Assembly (NCBI GenBank): GCA_951406725.2
Contig: OX597827.1
Coordinates: forward strand, 39,742,001 to 39,806,000
Reading direction: 5' to 3'
From: Octopus vulgaris
Lineage: Eukaryota
Length of the DNA: 64,000 nt
The notes beneath the pieces are model-generated. The model saw only the letters and a program-made list of their open reading frames with translations. It ran no database searches and was not told the DNA's origin. The position numbers and the translations under genes are program-made. The first letter of the stretch is position 1. Each line of letters begins with the position of its first letter. Below are positions 1 to 13,610 of this stretch, piece by piece.

Positions 1-269
1 ATAAGGGAACTAAAATAAACACAGACATATAAATACTCAGGAATCAATGAACTAGATAGTACACACAAGTGAAAGAAAAGATTGAAACATGAACAAAACA
101 GAAAACCATCTTCTGTTTTCATAGAAGCCAACAAATATAAAACAAAGATTGCAACAAAAGATTGTTATGAAGGAAAAGCAGTAACAACAGAAAATGGGGA
201 AAGGCTAAAATTTAAACTAAGGAAAAGGAAAGCCTCCTAATTTAAGTATGACTCCCAAAAGGTAGTATT

Positions 270-496
270 GTATTGTTCAAAGAAATGGAAAATTCATCCA
301 AATATAAAGATCTGGGAATTGAGGGAACTTCATTGAGACAGTTGATAACAGAAATAATCTCTATTACAGGGCTTTGGAAATGATAAAAAAAATCATGCAG
401 ACATATACATAGGCAAATCCCAGGACTTACAAATATGCAAAACATATAGAAAATAGCATAGATAAGGCACACAGAGTTGTGCTTAACACTGCAGTG

Positions 497-497
<1 letters not shown>
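270..497 (+). mobile_element. R4/Dong-like (REL-endonuclease) non-LTR retrotransposon, decayed 3' end
   Basis: Translates as KEMENSSKYKDLGIEGTSLRQLITEIISITG then, after a frameshift, ALEMIKK. This matches the KxxKYxDLxxE...PxxxGALG C-terminal pattern of R4-clade ORFs. It ends directly in (TAA)n. Confidence 0.65.
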
Positions 498-529
<32 letters not shown>

Positions 530-530
<1 letters not shown>

Positions 531-734
531 GGTTTCAAATTTTGACATAAGGGTCAGCAAGCTTAGGAAAGGGGTTGGTCAATTATATTGACCCTAGCAT
601 TTAACTGGTACTTATTTTATTGATCCCAAAAAGATAAAAGGCAAAGTTGACCTCAGCAGAATTTGAACTCAAAACTTAAAGATGGATGCTAAGCATTTTG
701 TCCAGTGTTCAAACTATTTTGCCAGCTTGCCGCC

Positions 735-735
<1 letters not shown>
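530..735 (-). mobile_element. tRNA-derived SINE, family A (GCCTTTCATCCTTTCGGGGTCGATAAA central domain, Meta-domain-like)
   Basis: The reverse complement starts GGCGGCAAGCTGGCAAAA, has a B-box-like GAGTTCAAATTC and the central domain, and is flanked by (TAA)n. Dozens of more decayed copies occur throughout the window. Confidence 0.75.
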
Positions 736-769
<34 letters not shown>

Positions 770-879
770 CCTTTGTTATAAGAAGGCATGAAATTTGGGG
801 AAAGGGAGCAAGTTGATTTCATCAACCCCAGCACCTGACTGGTACCATTATTTTATCAACCCCTAAAAAGCAAAGTGAA

Positions 880-1800
880 GTGTAGTATGGAATGATATAA
901 AAAAATAGCAGAAAGTATACACAGTATAGTGTATAAACAAAAGTAAAGCAGCATATATAGTATACATCAATAAATGTAAAAAGGTGATAGAGATGTGATC
1001 CTCCTGATACAGGAGGACTCAATTAAAGAACCCCATCATCCAAGACCCCACTGAATACCAAGCGCAAGTGTCCTCTCCAACACCTGTTCTCCACTTTACA
1101 GGTCTACACTTAGGGTGGTGTCATTTACTCTTGCCATTTTTACCATTTTCATCCACCTTTCAATAAATTCACTCAAGAATAGCACATCCCTCTCTACCTT
1201 CACTTTCCTTTTGAAGTTAAACTGGAAAAAGTTGATGAGGGCTCTACTGAAAAGGAATGTCTCTACCCTCATATATCAGACAACCTTTTTTTTGCCATAG
1301 CCACCAGACAAAGGAAAACTGTTGCTTACCTACCTGATTAAAAGGCTGCAGGGCAATCATCTTTATAGATTTAGCCAATAGACAGATCTGTCCCACTTGT
1401 GACAGCAGCTGTTTGATATAACTCCACAACTCAACAATGCCAAGACACTGAATGAGTGTAGGCAGAACAGTTTTCTTGCTCTGTGCACATCTCAGACAAG
1501 CCCATCTGACAGCACATGCATGTTAGTAGAGCTTATCTTGACTCAGCTGCACTCCTTGAGAGCTCTGCCAGACCAAGAACTTCTGGAAATTATCCATGGT
1601 AGTACCCAACTAGAAAGTCCTCTGGAACTGACCAGTCCATTTTTGTTAATGCCCAGAGTCCCAGAGAAAGTCATACTTAGCTGCCAATAATCCTCTATAG
1701 ATAGCTAAAGTGGAACATTCTCTGATCCCATTGCCTGACTGGTAGAGAGCTACAAGCATCAAATGACATTTTAGGTGCCAGACACCCAACCTCAATCTTT
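880..1800 (-). mobile_element. L1/Tx1-clade LINE, ORF2 C-terminus and 3' UTR remnant
   Basis: Minus-strand translation gives MDNFQKFLVWQ...CLRCAQSKKTVLPTLIQCLGIVELWSYIKQLL (decayed CCHC knuckle) and ALINFFQFNFKRKVKVERDVL...RWMKMVKMARVNDTTLSVDL* (stop 1096-1098). It has frameshifts and stops. Confidence 0.75.
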
Positions 1801-2051
1801 TTTTTTTCACCCATGAAAACACTAATGTATACAAAATCAAGAAACAGTTCTAAACAACATAGTATGGTTTACATTCTAATGTAAGTTCTTGTCCTTGTAA
1901 CAGATATTCTCAAAATTTCTTATTTAACCCAGCAGGGGCCGGAAGCTGTGTCGAACAATATTACTCTACAATGCCTACTCAAGGGGACTAGTTGTTGCAT
2001 AGTCAGTATTTGTTTCTATTCAATGTCAGAGGAAATAATATTATCATTATA

Positions 2052-2083
<32 letters not shown>

Positions 2084-2782
2084 AAATAAGATGATGAAAA
2101 TGAGAATTTATAACATGGGTACAAGACCTTAAATTTTGGAACAGAGCACATTTGTTTCTTGAATTGACCTCAATACTCAAATGACAAAGTTGATCCCAGC
2201 AGGATTTGAAATCAGAGTGTAAAGGATGTAACTAAGCACAATACTTTACTTTAATAAAGTCAACATATTGGTTTCATTTTCAGTTTTTTATTCATGTATA
2301 AAATTAATTTGTTCATAACAGATATTTTCTGATAAATTAGGGTTACTAAAAAAATTAGAAAAGAAATTAAATATCAGCATAGTGGTAATAGCAGTGATGG
2401 AGTTGTTGTTGTTGTGGTGGTAGTGGTGGTGGTGTGATTAGTGTTAATGATGCAAACGGTACTGGTAGTGGCATTACTAAAGATGGCAATGGTTATGATG
2501 ATGATGATGATGATAGAGGCAATGGAGATGATCATATTAAAAGGCTGATAATGACAATGATGATGGTGGTAGTAGTGGTGGTGGTGGTAGTGGTTAGCAC
2601 AGTGTTGGTGATGCTCATCATGATGATGGTGATTGTAAGGCCAGAAAGAGTTCACAAGCTGAACAGAGGAAGACAAGGGGGCAGGTGAACATATACTTTA
2701 GAGACATATTAATAATAATCATCATAAAATTTTCGATTTATCATTATCATATTTAATAATTTCAATGAAAGAAAAAATAATG

Positions 2783-2835
<53 letters not shown>

Positions 2836-3665
2836 CATTACTATTGTTATCATTATTATTATTAGTAGTAGTATTACTATTACTAATCTGTCATAAAGTC
2901 ATAGAAGTGATTATAAGTCCACAGGTTCTTTTTCAATAGACTGATGACAGATTTAGATTCAGCTTAATCCAGCTGCTATAATCCTTTATTAAACTAGATT
3001 TTCTATCAATTTCTCTTTTACAAATCCCTTCTCTGTAAAGAAAGAATATATTAACTATATTTAAGAGTTAAAAGTAATTCTCATTTAAAGAAGTGGTAAG
3101 GTGTTAATTTTAAGCTATGATCAGCTCAAATTCAGCAAACCTATTTTAAAGGTGGTTCCAACTGTGATCTGTCCCATTTTTTGTTTTGACTAAAAATATA
3201 TATAGGACTATATTGACTGATATATGCTTTTCTAGGATACAGGATGTGATGGATGGAGTGGGGGAATTTGGCTGCTATTTCTGACAGTTTGGGTCATCAC
3301 AGTAGAGTGGTTGAATATGAGCTCCCTGGGGAGAGAGTGAGAGTGGAAATGCTTTAAAACTTAAATTCCTCAGCTACTCAAAACTACTCCCAGTAAAATC
3401 TTATCCCCTCATTTACCACTTGCATCAATTCTACCACATTAGCCTTCACATGCACTTATACACACATGCATCAAAACACACATACATATACACAAAAACA
3501 CTATAAAATGAAACGCTTCAATGGTGACCCAGTGACCCACTAGGTTTTACAGGACAATTTCTTACCAGATAATCTTATTTAAGATTATTTCAGCTTACAG
3601 CTTGTCAAGGAGAAAGAAAATGGGTATAGTTGTCCAAAATTTCAATGACTTATATTCTATATAGG

Positions 3666-4770
3666 CATCATCCTCATCACTGTTTAATGTCTATTTTCCA
3701 TGTTGGCATGGGTTGGACGGTTTGACTGAGGACTGGTAAGCCAGTAGGCTGCACCAGGCTCCAATCTGATCTGGCAAGGTTTCTACAGCTGGATGCCCTT
3801 CCTAACGCCAACCACTCCAAGGAACCAGTCAGGCAGCACTGGCACCAACCATGTTTGGATGGTGCTTTTTATGTGCCACAGCACAGGAGGCAGTTGGGGG
3901 GCACTGGCATCAACCATGTTTGGATGGTGCTTTTTATGTGCCACTGGCATGGGGAACCAGTCAGGCAGCACTGGCATTGACTCATGCTTGAATGGTGCTT
4001 ATTATATGCCTCCAGCATAGGTGCTAGTCAGGCAGCACTGGCATTGGCCACAACTACGATTTTGATTTTGATTTTACTTGACTCAATAGATCTTCTCAAG
4101 CACAGCATATCACCTGATGATTCAAGGGTACTTTTAAATGGGCTGGTTATACAACACTGGCATCAGCCACGGCTGTGATCTCACTTTACTTGCCAGATCA
4201 TTGGCCACAATTCGGTTTCACTTGACTAAACAGGTCTTCTCAAGCACAGCATATCACCCGACAATTCAAGGGTACTTTTAAATGGGCTGGTTATGTGACA
4301 CAGGTATTGGCCATGGCTGTGACCTCACTATACTTGCTGGGTCTTCTCAATCACAGTATATCTCCAAAGGTCTTGATCTCTTGTCATTGCCTCTGTGAGG
4401 CCCAACATTTGAGGGTCATGCTTCACCACCTCATCCCATGTCTTCCTGGGTCTCCCTCTTCCACAGGTTCCTTCCACTGTTAAGGTGTGACACTTCTTCA
4501 CACAGCTCTCCTCATCCATATGCAGCACATAACCATATCAGTGCAGTTGTCTCTCTTGAACACCACATCTGATGCTTCCTATGTCCAACATTTCTCTCAA
4601 GGTGCTTACACTCTGTCATGTATGCACACTGACATTATACATCCAGAGAATCATACTAGCTTCATTCACTGCTGTGTAGCATGGCTGTTCACATACATGC
4701 ATCATATTGTCTACCTTTTACTCTGAGTGAGAGGCCCTTTGTTACCAGCAGAGGTAGGAGCTTTCTGAGC
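3666..4770 (-). mobile_element. RTE-clade LINE, 5'-truncated (RT C-terminus plus 3' UTR)
   Basis: Reads KLLPLLVTKGLSLRVKG...YGYVLHMDEESCVKKC...GRGRPRKTWDEVVKHD...DQDLWR. The 3' UTR contains GGTTGGCGTTAGGAAGGGCATCCAGCTGTAGAAAC and a (GAT)n tail. Internal tandem duplications lie at 3820-4050 and 4070-4340. Confidence 0.9.
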
Positions 4771-6586
4771 TACATGGATTTTCACTGACTAGTTGTTACT
4801 GCTACTATTGTCTAACTTCAGGTCATCTCTGATCCAGTAGATATATAATTAAAGAAATTCATGCCTTGACCATTCTGTCTTTTTCTTTTTTGTTTCAAGC
4901 AGTGTACATTGATCTACCATTTCCACTGACTGAGACTTAGCTACTATTTCTAGCAGGTTGAGCACCCACATAGATGCTTTGTCACTGGCCTGTTTCCTGG
5001 TTTGGTCGCCTTAGCTGTAAATTGGTGCTGAGAAGGTATAATTAGCCATTAAAAGGTACCTTGGTGTGGTACAATCAGTAAATGGATTATGTCTTAACTT
5101 CAATTCCTTCTAAAGGAGGGAAGTGGCATGACTATCACAGACTCTTACTCTTTTATACACTTATTAAGACTTTATAAAAAATTATATATTACATATATAA
5201 AATAGATAAATCTTCATTATCCCTCTTAATTTTTAATAATCTGTTTTGTGACCTAAATATTTCACAAAAACAATATTCACTCACACAGAGGAGAGCACAA
5301 ACAGAAAGCCTAACCATTCATTGTTTAATCCTTTCAGTTGACACCACTAACAACACAAGCATCATCACCACTGATACCATCAGCTATTTTGTCATCACTC
5401 TGGATTACTCTAGCCTTTCACAAGCTATTCTAACTTTGGGGACCACATAATGCTAAAGTTTGAAACTGAAATAGAAATATCTGGTCCCATTTTTTAAAAC
5501 AGTAGAGAGAATGGAGGATTTTAAAAAAATTATATTTGGTTGCTATATTGAAAGGTCATATGTCTAAATAAACATTTCCTTAGTGTCTATTGTGGTCTAA
5601 TTTAAATACAGTAGGGAGTTTTGCCTACTGTTTCTTACATTGAGCAGATTACATTTCCAAGTTGGAGGTTCCATAGTTCCTTACTACCTCTTGTGGGCCT
5701 TGTTTGTTAAAAAAGATTTTTCAAGTACATTGAGATCACATGTCTATATAGTTGGTTCCTTAGCGACTCTTTCAGTCCTTATTTTCAATTAAGAGATTTA
5801 GCTGCTATATTGTGTAGGTCAAGCAAAGACATAGCTAAAGGTTTTCTTATCCTTCAAGAGGAAATTAGTGAATGGTTTTGTCAGAGAGGAAACAAAAAAA
5901 GAGATGGATTTCAATCCTTTCAGTCAGCTCTTCATAATATTCTCTTACTTAAGCACTACTTACCTACTCCATGCAAAAGAAGAAAATCTACCAGATTAAT
6001 CATTTTACATACATATATAATACACACATACATGCATACAAACATACATACATTCATATCTACATACAAGTGTATGTGTGAGCGTGTGTAGGACTAAATT
6101 TACTTTGTATTTGAAATTCAAGCTTCTTAAATTTCCATTCCACTTTTCATGTACACATCATAGGTGTAGATGAGGTAAGATGTGCCATGTGAAGTGCATG
6201 CATGTGTATTATAATTCTCCCTCTATCATACACACATACAAACACACCCTATACATAAATATATCCACATGTGTTCGCATGGATATAGACACACAGACCT
6301 GCCCCTACAGAAGTCTGATAGCACTGAATAAATATCTTTTACCAAGGTGTTTACTAAAAGACTTGGCAATCAACCTTGCAACCTGAGACTTGCCTTATCC
6401 CAGCAAGATAGAGACTGGTTGGTCTGTTAATAAATAATCCATTCATACACACACACTCTCATGCACACACACACACATACATATATATATAAATACACAT
6501 ACACACATTGCGAAATCACCATTAATCTATAAGTACAGCGGCACTGAGTGAAGTAAGGAAAGAAATTTTTAAAAAAAAGGAAATAA

Positions 6587-6618
<32 letters not shown>

Positions 6619-6947
6619 TACATACACAGACATGCACAGAATTTATTTATATATTTTATGATTTTACTGCACTCTAACAATGTTCATAAATTGCCTGTCA
6701 ATAAAATAATAAAAAAATATCTCACTATGTTTATAGTGTTTTTTTTTTATCTTTTGGTAAGGAGAGAAGGCAATGTTCATGATTCTTTATAGGGGCTTCC
6801 ATAAATGATGGGAGGAAGGAACATATCCTCAAAACAGAAGCCTAACTTAGGTACTTGCATTAGGGACACTGTAATAAAAATGCACCAAAGATGTCAAGTG
6901 ATGCTGTTAAATCAGACAATGGGTTAAGTCTACCACTGAAATAGGCC

Positions 6948-6987
<40 letters not shown>

Positions 6988-7349
6988 GAAAATTTGTTGT
7001 TGAAAATGTACCTGAATTGTTTTTAAATAAATCTATTTACATATATACCAAACTAGTTCCACCAATATTTTTTGCTTATCAATGGTAAAAATTCAAAATT
7101 GTGAAGTAGAAAAACATGTTTAAAAGATTCAATGTTTACAAGATTGAATAATATCAAATATGATTTAAATGTTCACAACAGTCAAAAATATAAAAAATGT
7201 GATTCACCAAAGGTTCAGTCATACTGTATGCAAGTAAATAAATTTATTTAAAAACAATTACAAGATTTTCAAATACAAGTTCATTTTCAACACCAAATTT
7301 TCCTTTTTTTCCTGTGTGGAAATACAGTCCTTCCTTTGTTATATATATG

Positions 7350-7424
<75 letters not shown>

Positions 7425-7460
7425 GGATAGAAAGAGAGAGGGAGAGAGCGTGAGAGAGAG

Positions 7461-7563
7461 ATTATTCTTTTACAAGACAGTAACTTTGAAGTTTCTGCTT
7501 GCTTAGCCTACATTGAGCTGAACTTTGAAGTTACTGTCAACACTATGCTTGTAAAAGAATAAT
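7461..7563. repeat. Short foldback element, same family as 15781-15920
   Basis: The arms ATTATTCTTTTACAAG..ACAGTAACTTTGAAGTT and AACTTTGAAGTTACTGT..CTTGTAAAAGAATAAT are inverted copies. It sits next to (GA)n. Confidence 0.7.
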
Positions 7564-7695
7564 AAATATGTACTCTACAAAAAAGTATTGAGTAATCTTT
7601 CAGTTTGATTAAAATTTTTTTTATTATAACTCAACATAAAACAAAAATATATACATATTGTGCATGTACAATAGCTGTTGTGTTTGTATCATAAC

Positions 7696-8126
7696 CAGGG
7701 CCAGATTTACATATGGTCCAATACAGGCCATTGACCAGGGGCTCCTAAACTTGGTTGGGGGATGGCCTTAAACTCAGAGAAGCCTAAATATTGTAGTTAA
7801 AAATTTATATATACTGTTATCAAATAAACACTTTAAAATTTTCTTTTACCTGTTTAATTTTTTGTTAATCTATTAGAGTTCTTTTAAAATCATTGAAACC
7901 TATTTTGATTTATTGGAACCTTTTACATTTAAAAAGTCATTTAATTTATCTGAGTCCCTCTGAATTTACTAAAAACCCTTTAAGTTTGGGGGCCCTCTTT
8001 AAACTGTTTTGGGCCTCTAGATTTAATGAGTCCTTTATTATCTTAAGATCTTTTTTTGAATTAGCAAAACCATAGGGACCAAAACCTATTGGTTTAGGGG
8101 TCCTGCTAGGTCTAAACTCAGCTCTG
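7696..8126. mobile_element. Old hAT-like MITE
   Basis: Degenerate TIRs CAGGGCCAGATTTA / TAAACTCAGCTCTG (9/14). The 8-bp flanks ATCATAAC / GTCACAGT differ only by transitions. No coding capacity. Confidence 0.5.
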
Positions 8127-8134
8127 GTCACAGT

Positions 8135-8530
8135 TAGTTGTTATTGTGCATGTGTCATTGTTGTACATGAGTAATAATTGTCATACATGTGTAATAGTTG
8201 TTGTGTATGTGTCATAGCTGTGCACATGTCATAGTTGTTGTTATGCATGTGTCAATTGTAGTTGTGCATGAGTCACAGATGTGTATATACCATGGATATA
8301 ATTGTATGTTAGAGTTGTTGTGCATATGTGTTTAAGATGTTATGCATATGTATTTCATACCTGTGTATGTATCATAGATGTTGTGTATGTATCATAAATC
8401 ATGTTGAATATATCTCATAGACCTTGTATATACATCACAGTGGTTTTGTGCATGTGTCATGTATATAAAGTTGTTCTATACATATTGCATATCTCAATTA
8501 TTGTTGCATGTTATAGTTGTTATATATTTC
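8135..8530. repeat. Degenerate minisatellite, unit of about 20-25 bp (TAGTTGTTGTGCATGTGTCA-like)
   Basis: Recurrent GTTGTTGTGCATGTGTCATA variants. Confidence 0.7.
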
Positions 8531-8589
8531 ATAATTGTAGTATTAGCTGCTGTGTCTGCTCTAACACAAAAGTTTTGTAAAAATGATAC

Positions 8590-9012
8590 ATGATGGAGTT
8601 GTGTGGCACTGGAAAGGTATAGAAATAAAAGACAGTGCAAACGAGAAAAGGGTGAGTAAGCTTATCTCTTCATCATACTTTTACACTGTAACAACTGGTG
8701 AAGCAGGCAGGAATGAAAGACGGTTAGAGTGAATGGATCTGCTCTAAGAGTGCCTCTGTAGCTTGGAGAACAACAGTAGGACAAGGGCTCGTGCCTTTGG
8801 TGGTTAGAGTAATCCTGAGTCTGTAAAGTTTCTTGATTGGCCCTAATCAGGAGGACTGCATCATCCATGTGTTCACATATTTTGTATACTATGTATACTT
8901 TTATTTTATTTCACCATCTTTTCCTTCATCTTTAATGTAAACTCTCGTTCAAATTGCATGCTGCCCTTGTGGTATCCCCCACATCTATGCCCCTGTGGCA
9001 AATAAAAGAAAT
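8590..9012 (+). mobile_element. L1/Tx1-clade LINE 3' end
   Basis: The terminal peptide VRVNGSALRVPL* resembles ARVNDTTLSVDL* at 1096. It shares the 3' UTR motif TATACTRTGTATACTTT with that element and ends CCCCTGTGGCAAATAAAAGAAAT, followed by (TTA)n. Confidence 0.6.
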
Positions 9013-9026
9013 CCTCTTACTCCTTT

Positions 9027-9058
<32 letters not shown>

Positions 9059-9180
9059 GGCAGAATTGTTAACACACCGGGTGAAATGCTGAGTGATATT
9101 TCACCTGTCGCTATGCTCTGAGTTCAATTTCTGCCGAGGTTGGCTTTGCCTTTCATCTTTCAGGGTTGATAAATTTAATA

Positions 9181-9413
9181 CCTATTTCTTTACTACCCAC
9201 AAGGGGCTAAACATAGAGGGGACAAACAAGGACAGACACACGGATTAAGTCGATTATATCGACCCCAGTGCGTAACTGGTACTTATTTAATCGACCTTGA
9301 AAGGATGAAAGGCAAAGTCGACCTCGGCGGAATTTGAACTCAGAACGTAACGGCAGATGAAATACGGCTATGCATTTCGCCTGGCGTGCTAACTTTTCTG
9401 CCAGCTCGCCGCC
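9181..9413 (-). mobile_element. Young family A SINE nested antiparallel in an older + strand family A SINE (9058-9525)
   Basis: Full head GGCGGCGAGCTGGCAGAA..GAGTTCAAATTCCGCC, CpGs retained, tail GCCCCTTGTGGGTAGTAAAGAAATAGG. TAAATTTAATAC is duplicated on both sides. Confidence 0.85.
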
Positions 9414-10925
9414 TTTATTTAAATTTAATACTGATAAATTTAATACCAGTCACGCACTGGGCTTGATGTAATCAACTTACCCCCTCCCCTCCAAATTTAA
9501 GCCTTGTACCTATAGTAGAAAGGATTATTATTATTATTATTATTATTATTATTTGGATATGAACCAGTTTGAGTAATTAAACCATTAACCTTTACTGTGT
9601 TTGCTATTGTGAAATGTCAAGCAGATGTGAAAAGAAAGCATCTTTGAAAAATCTGTCATGGCTAACAATTGGATTCTTCAGGAGGAAATTTCTAGCAAGA
9701 ATGGAACAGAAGATGTTTGCTTGTTTTAGCTTTAATTCCAAAGATGATAATTTAAAAGCAAGATTCATCATCATCATCACCACCACCACCACCACCACTA
9801 CCACCACCATCATCATCATCATCATCATCTGTTGTTGTCATCACTATCTCATCATCCTCTGTTGTCATCATATCATCATGCCTGGCGTCACCGTCATTGC
9901 AATCATTCACTGTTGCTATTGTTGCTATGCATTCTTGTCACTGATATTCTCAACCCCCGCCACTATTTTTACCACATCAACATAATTATCTTCATCACAA
10001 CCAGAGGTGTGTGAAAAAAAAAAGCAGGAAGATGTTTGCATTACATTTAATTCCACAGTACACCATACACACACAGAACACAAGTATAGACACACATGCA
10101 TACAAACAGACATCCAAATAAACACACTGGTTCCTGGCATCTAGTGACACCTGTTACAATGTCTGATTCATATCCGAACAGAAACAAAAAAAAACACAGG
10201 TGTATCTGGTGGTGGTGAAAATCTTGCCTAAAATTATTATACAATATCAGAAAAAAAATAACTTCTTACAGAAGCTCAAGGGGATCAGATTTGAATGAAG
10301 GAAACAACCAATTGAATCAAAGCAAGTACTTGACTGATACTTTATTTCATTAATTGCAGCTGGCTGAGAGACATTGTCAATTTCGGCAGGATTTAAACTG
10401 AAAAATGTAAAGAAATATAACTAAAGACCGTAATGCTGAATATTTTAAGTCAAATTCATAAATTCAAGGGGGTTGACTATAGTTGACTGCATCAATCCCA
10501 ATCCATTCTTGCATTTATTTTATTAACTCAGTAGAGATCAATGGTAAAGTCAACTGCAGCAGGATTTGAGCTGAGGAAAGGAAGGAAAAACTAAATACTG
10601 CAAACTTAACATGCTAACTTTTTTCCTATCATCACCTTCAATAATAATACTGATTGTGATGGTGGTGAGGAGGATTCTCTCCTCAGACACAAGGCTGGGA
10701 ATCATTATAGTCACAGTATATTACAGCTACATAATTTATCAAATCCAGAAAAATAAAAGAACATAAAAGGAAAAAAAAAACTAATAACAGAATTTGATCT
10801 GAGAGAAAGAAGTAAATGCCAGTAACATTTAGTCTGGATCATTTACCAACTGAACTATTGTGAACATCCTCATAATCCTGAAATTTATTTTTCTTATTTA
10901 AGTATTACATTTAAAAGAGGGAAAG

Positions 10926-11225
10926 TCATCATCATCATCATTTAACGTCTACTTTCCATGCTAGCTTGGGTTGGACGAATTGACTGAAGACTGGCAAACC
11001 AGATGGCTGCGCCAGGCTCCAATCTGATCTAGCAGAGTTTCTACAGCTGGATGCCCTTCCTAATGCCAACCACTCTGAGAGTGTAGTGGGTACTTTTAAA
11101 GTGCCACCGGCATGAGGGCCAGTCTGCCGGTACTGACAATGGCCATGCTCGAAAATGGTGTTTTTTTTACATGACACCTGCACAGGAATCAGTCCAGCAG
11201 CACTGGCAACAACCTCACTCGAAAC
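10926..11225 (-). mobile_element. RTE 3' UTR fragment
   Basis: Same sequence as 3666-3830 ((CAT)n TTTAACGTC..CCATGCTAGC..GGATGCCCTTCCTAATGCCAACC). Other tails are at about 38875-39040, 51810-51900 (+) and 57133-57273. Confidence 0.85.
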
Positions 11226-11845
11226 TCACACATACTTTTGTTAAGACTGTATCCAGTTCCCATACTGCATTTTCTATAGTTTTCAAAAATTTCATTTATT
11301 TGATATTATTAGAGTTACCACCCTTGCTTATTTTAAGCAAGCCTAAAGGGAGTTTTTTTTTTCTACTATTTGCTTGGATAACCTCAGTTAAAGTGTTTCA
11401 AGACATCCCAGTACTTGTATTTAATATACAGAAAATTCACCTGAAGTATTTTCCCTTAGCCCTATTATTGACATATTTTTGTCAATACCATCTCTATTTT
11501 GCAATACCCAAATGCTCATAAATGCTTTATATGTGGGAGAGAATATATAACACAGTAACCCGTTTGATACAAACCCTGCTGTGACTGTTCTTGTTTCTAA
11601 AAAAACTGAATCATTCTCTTTAAAGTACTATTCCTACCACTTATGCAAGAACCTTTCAAGTTATGTTCCATACACTAGCTTAACAATGGATAAGAGGATT
11701 AGTCACTAAATACTCAAATTCTTGATTTAAAAATAAACTGAAACATGCATACAGTAAATGTCATTAAAGATATGATTACAGAAGGATTAAAACTTACAAC
11801 AATTACATACACTGAACATATTTTTCTTTAATAAGATGCTAAGAG

Positions 11846-12014
11846 GGCGCAGGCATGCCTGTGTGGTAAGAAATTTTTTTTCTAATCACATGGTTTCAGG
11901 TTCAGTTTCACAGCGTGGCATATTGAGCAAATGTCTTCTCCAATAATCTTAGGCCAACCACAGCTTTGTGAATAGAATTGATAGGTGAGAACTGAAAGAA
12001 GCCCATCATATATA

Positions 12015-12064
<50 letters not shown>

Positions 12065-12162
12065 TGTGCTTGTCCCCCACCACTGCTTGACAATTGGTGT
12101 TGGTGTGTTTACATCTCCATAACATTTTGGCAAAAGAAACTGATAGAATAAGCACCAGGCTA

Positions 12163-12203
<41 letters not shown>

Positions 12204-12298
12204 GTACTGGAGTAAATCATTTGACCAAAAATTCTTCAAGGTGGTGCCCCAGCATGGACGTAGTCTAATGACTGAAACAAGTAAAAGATAAAAAGATA
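11846..12298 (+). mobile_element. tRNA-derived SINE, family B (internal microsatellite)
   Basis: Head GGCGCAGGCATGCCTGTGTGGTAAG..CAGGTTCAGT, body GAAAGAAGCCC, internal (TG)n and (TAA)n, tail CCAGCATGG..ATGACTGAAACAAGTAAAAGA. Confidence 0.85.
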
Positions 12299-12318
12299 AG
12301 AAGGAAGAGGAACCGTAC

Positions 12319-12555
12319 TCATAATCGTTGCGAAAACCACTTGGAGATTAATGAGTCTGATACAGCTGATGTCCACTTTGAATGTCTGCAGCAAGTCAAT
12401 GACCACAGGAAAAACGTAGGTGGAGAGAGAATGGTAGAGAATTGTTTGGCCTGAATGCCTACAACAGAATGACCTCTGCTAAAGGGCATACAGGGACCAA
12501 GCAGTGGTTTGTTGTGGTTTGAAACTACACTTCCACCGCCCACTAGTGTGTCTTT
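12319..12555 (-). other. Candidate internal exon (237 nt) of the putative minus-strand gene
   Basis: Non-repetitive, GC-richer island bounded by TTTGCTGATGTTTAG| and ATGA|GTACGG. The phase-0 frame is open until TGA at the last codon. No recognisable protein. Confidence 0.25.
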
Positions 12556-13226
12556 CTAAACATCAGCAAATATTCCTATCATGTAACACATATAACAGTT
12601 GCATAATAATTTATGTATTACATTCTCACCATGTCAATTATAAGGAGAAAAGCAGTTGTTTCTACTCTGTAATTACCACCTTCTTAATATAACATTCCCT
12701 CCCCCACTTCTCAGTTAATAATCACTGTAATTAACAATGCAATAACCATAACTTGTTAACAAATGCAATCTAGTAAAGAGACACATACGTAGAGAAAGAG
12801 AGAGGCAAACAAACAGAGCAAGAAACACATGCGTACACACACACATCACAGTGACAGACACAATGCAGAGAGACAGAGAAAAAGAGAGCATGAGAAAGAC
12901 ATGTAGAAAGACAGACAGACACAGACAAAGGGATTTGTTGTGTAATAAAAAACATTTAACTCTACCAATGTTGGCTTGCAGGTCCATATGTAGACACCAA
13001 AGATACTCTTTGAAAATTTGTCATGATAAAGTAGTGACCTGTCCACAAGAAGATTTACCACTGATCTTAACAAGTGCAGTCGAGATGGTTTAAACCTCTC
13101 AGTTGCAATGTCTTAATATTTCAGTTGGAGAATTAAAAAAAAAGGGGAATAAAAACTTGAAGGAAATAGAAAAAAACATGGTTTTCTAGCACAAACTTAT
13201 CTGAAGACCCAATCTTCAGCAACACA

Positions 13227-13610
13227 GGAAGGAAGGAAGCACTCCGTCGGTCACGACGACGAGGGTTCCGGTTGATCCGATCAACGGAACAGCCTGCTCG
13301 TGAAATTAACGTGTAAGTGGCTGAGCACTCCACAGACACGTGTACCTTTAACACAGTTCTCGGGGATATTCAGCGTGACACAGAGAGTGACAAGGCCGGC
13401 CCTTTGAAATACAGGTACAACAGAAACAGGAAGTAAGAGTAAGAGGAAGTTGTGGTGAAAGAGTATAGCAGGGATCACCACCATCCCTGCCGGAGCCTCG
13501 TGGAGCTTTAGGTGTTTTCGCTCAATAAACACTCACAACGCCCGGTCTGGGAATTGAAACCGCGATCCTACGACCGCGAGTCCGCTGCCCTAACCACTGG
13601 GCCATTGCAC
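13227..13610 (-). mobile_element. Young full-length tRNA-derived SINE, family C
   Basis: Head TGCAATGGCCCAGTGGTTAGGGCAGCGGACTCGCGGTC..GGTTTCAATTCC, very CpG-rich, (TTCC)n tail. TSD CCAATCT(T)CAGCAACACA at 13209-13226 and 13611-13627. Confidence 0.9.

Noticed and set aside
2374-2688. His-rich or membrane-like ORFs
   Set aside because: Mixed (GAT)n/(GGT)n trinucleotide repeats. The same applies at 9604-10014 and 16480-16888.
13530-13610. tRNA gene
   Set aside because: The A and B boxes belong to a SINE head that continues into body, tail and TSD. No complete cloverleaf is evident. The same holds for the other SINE heads.
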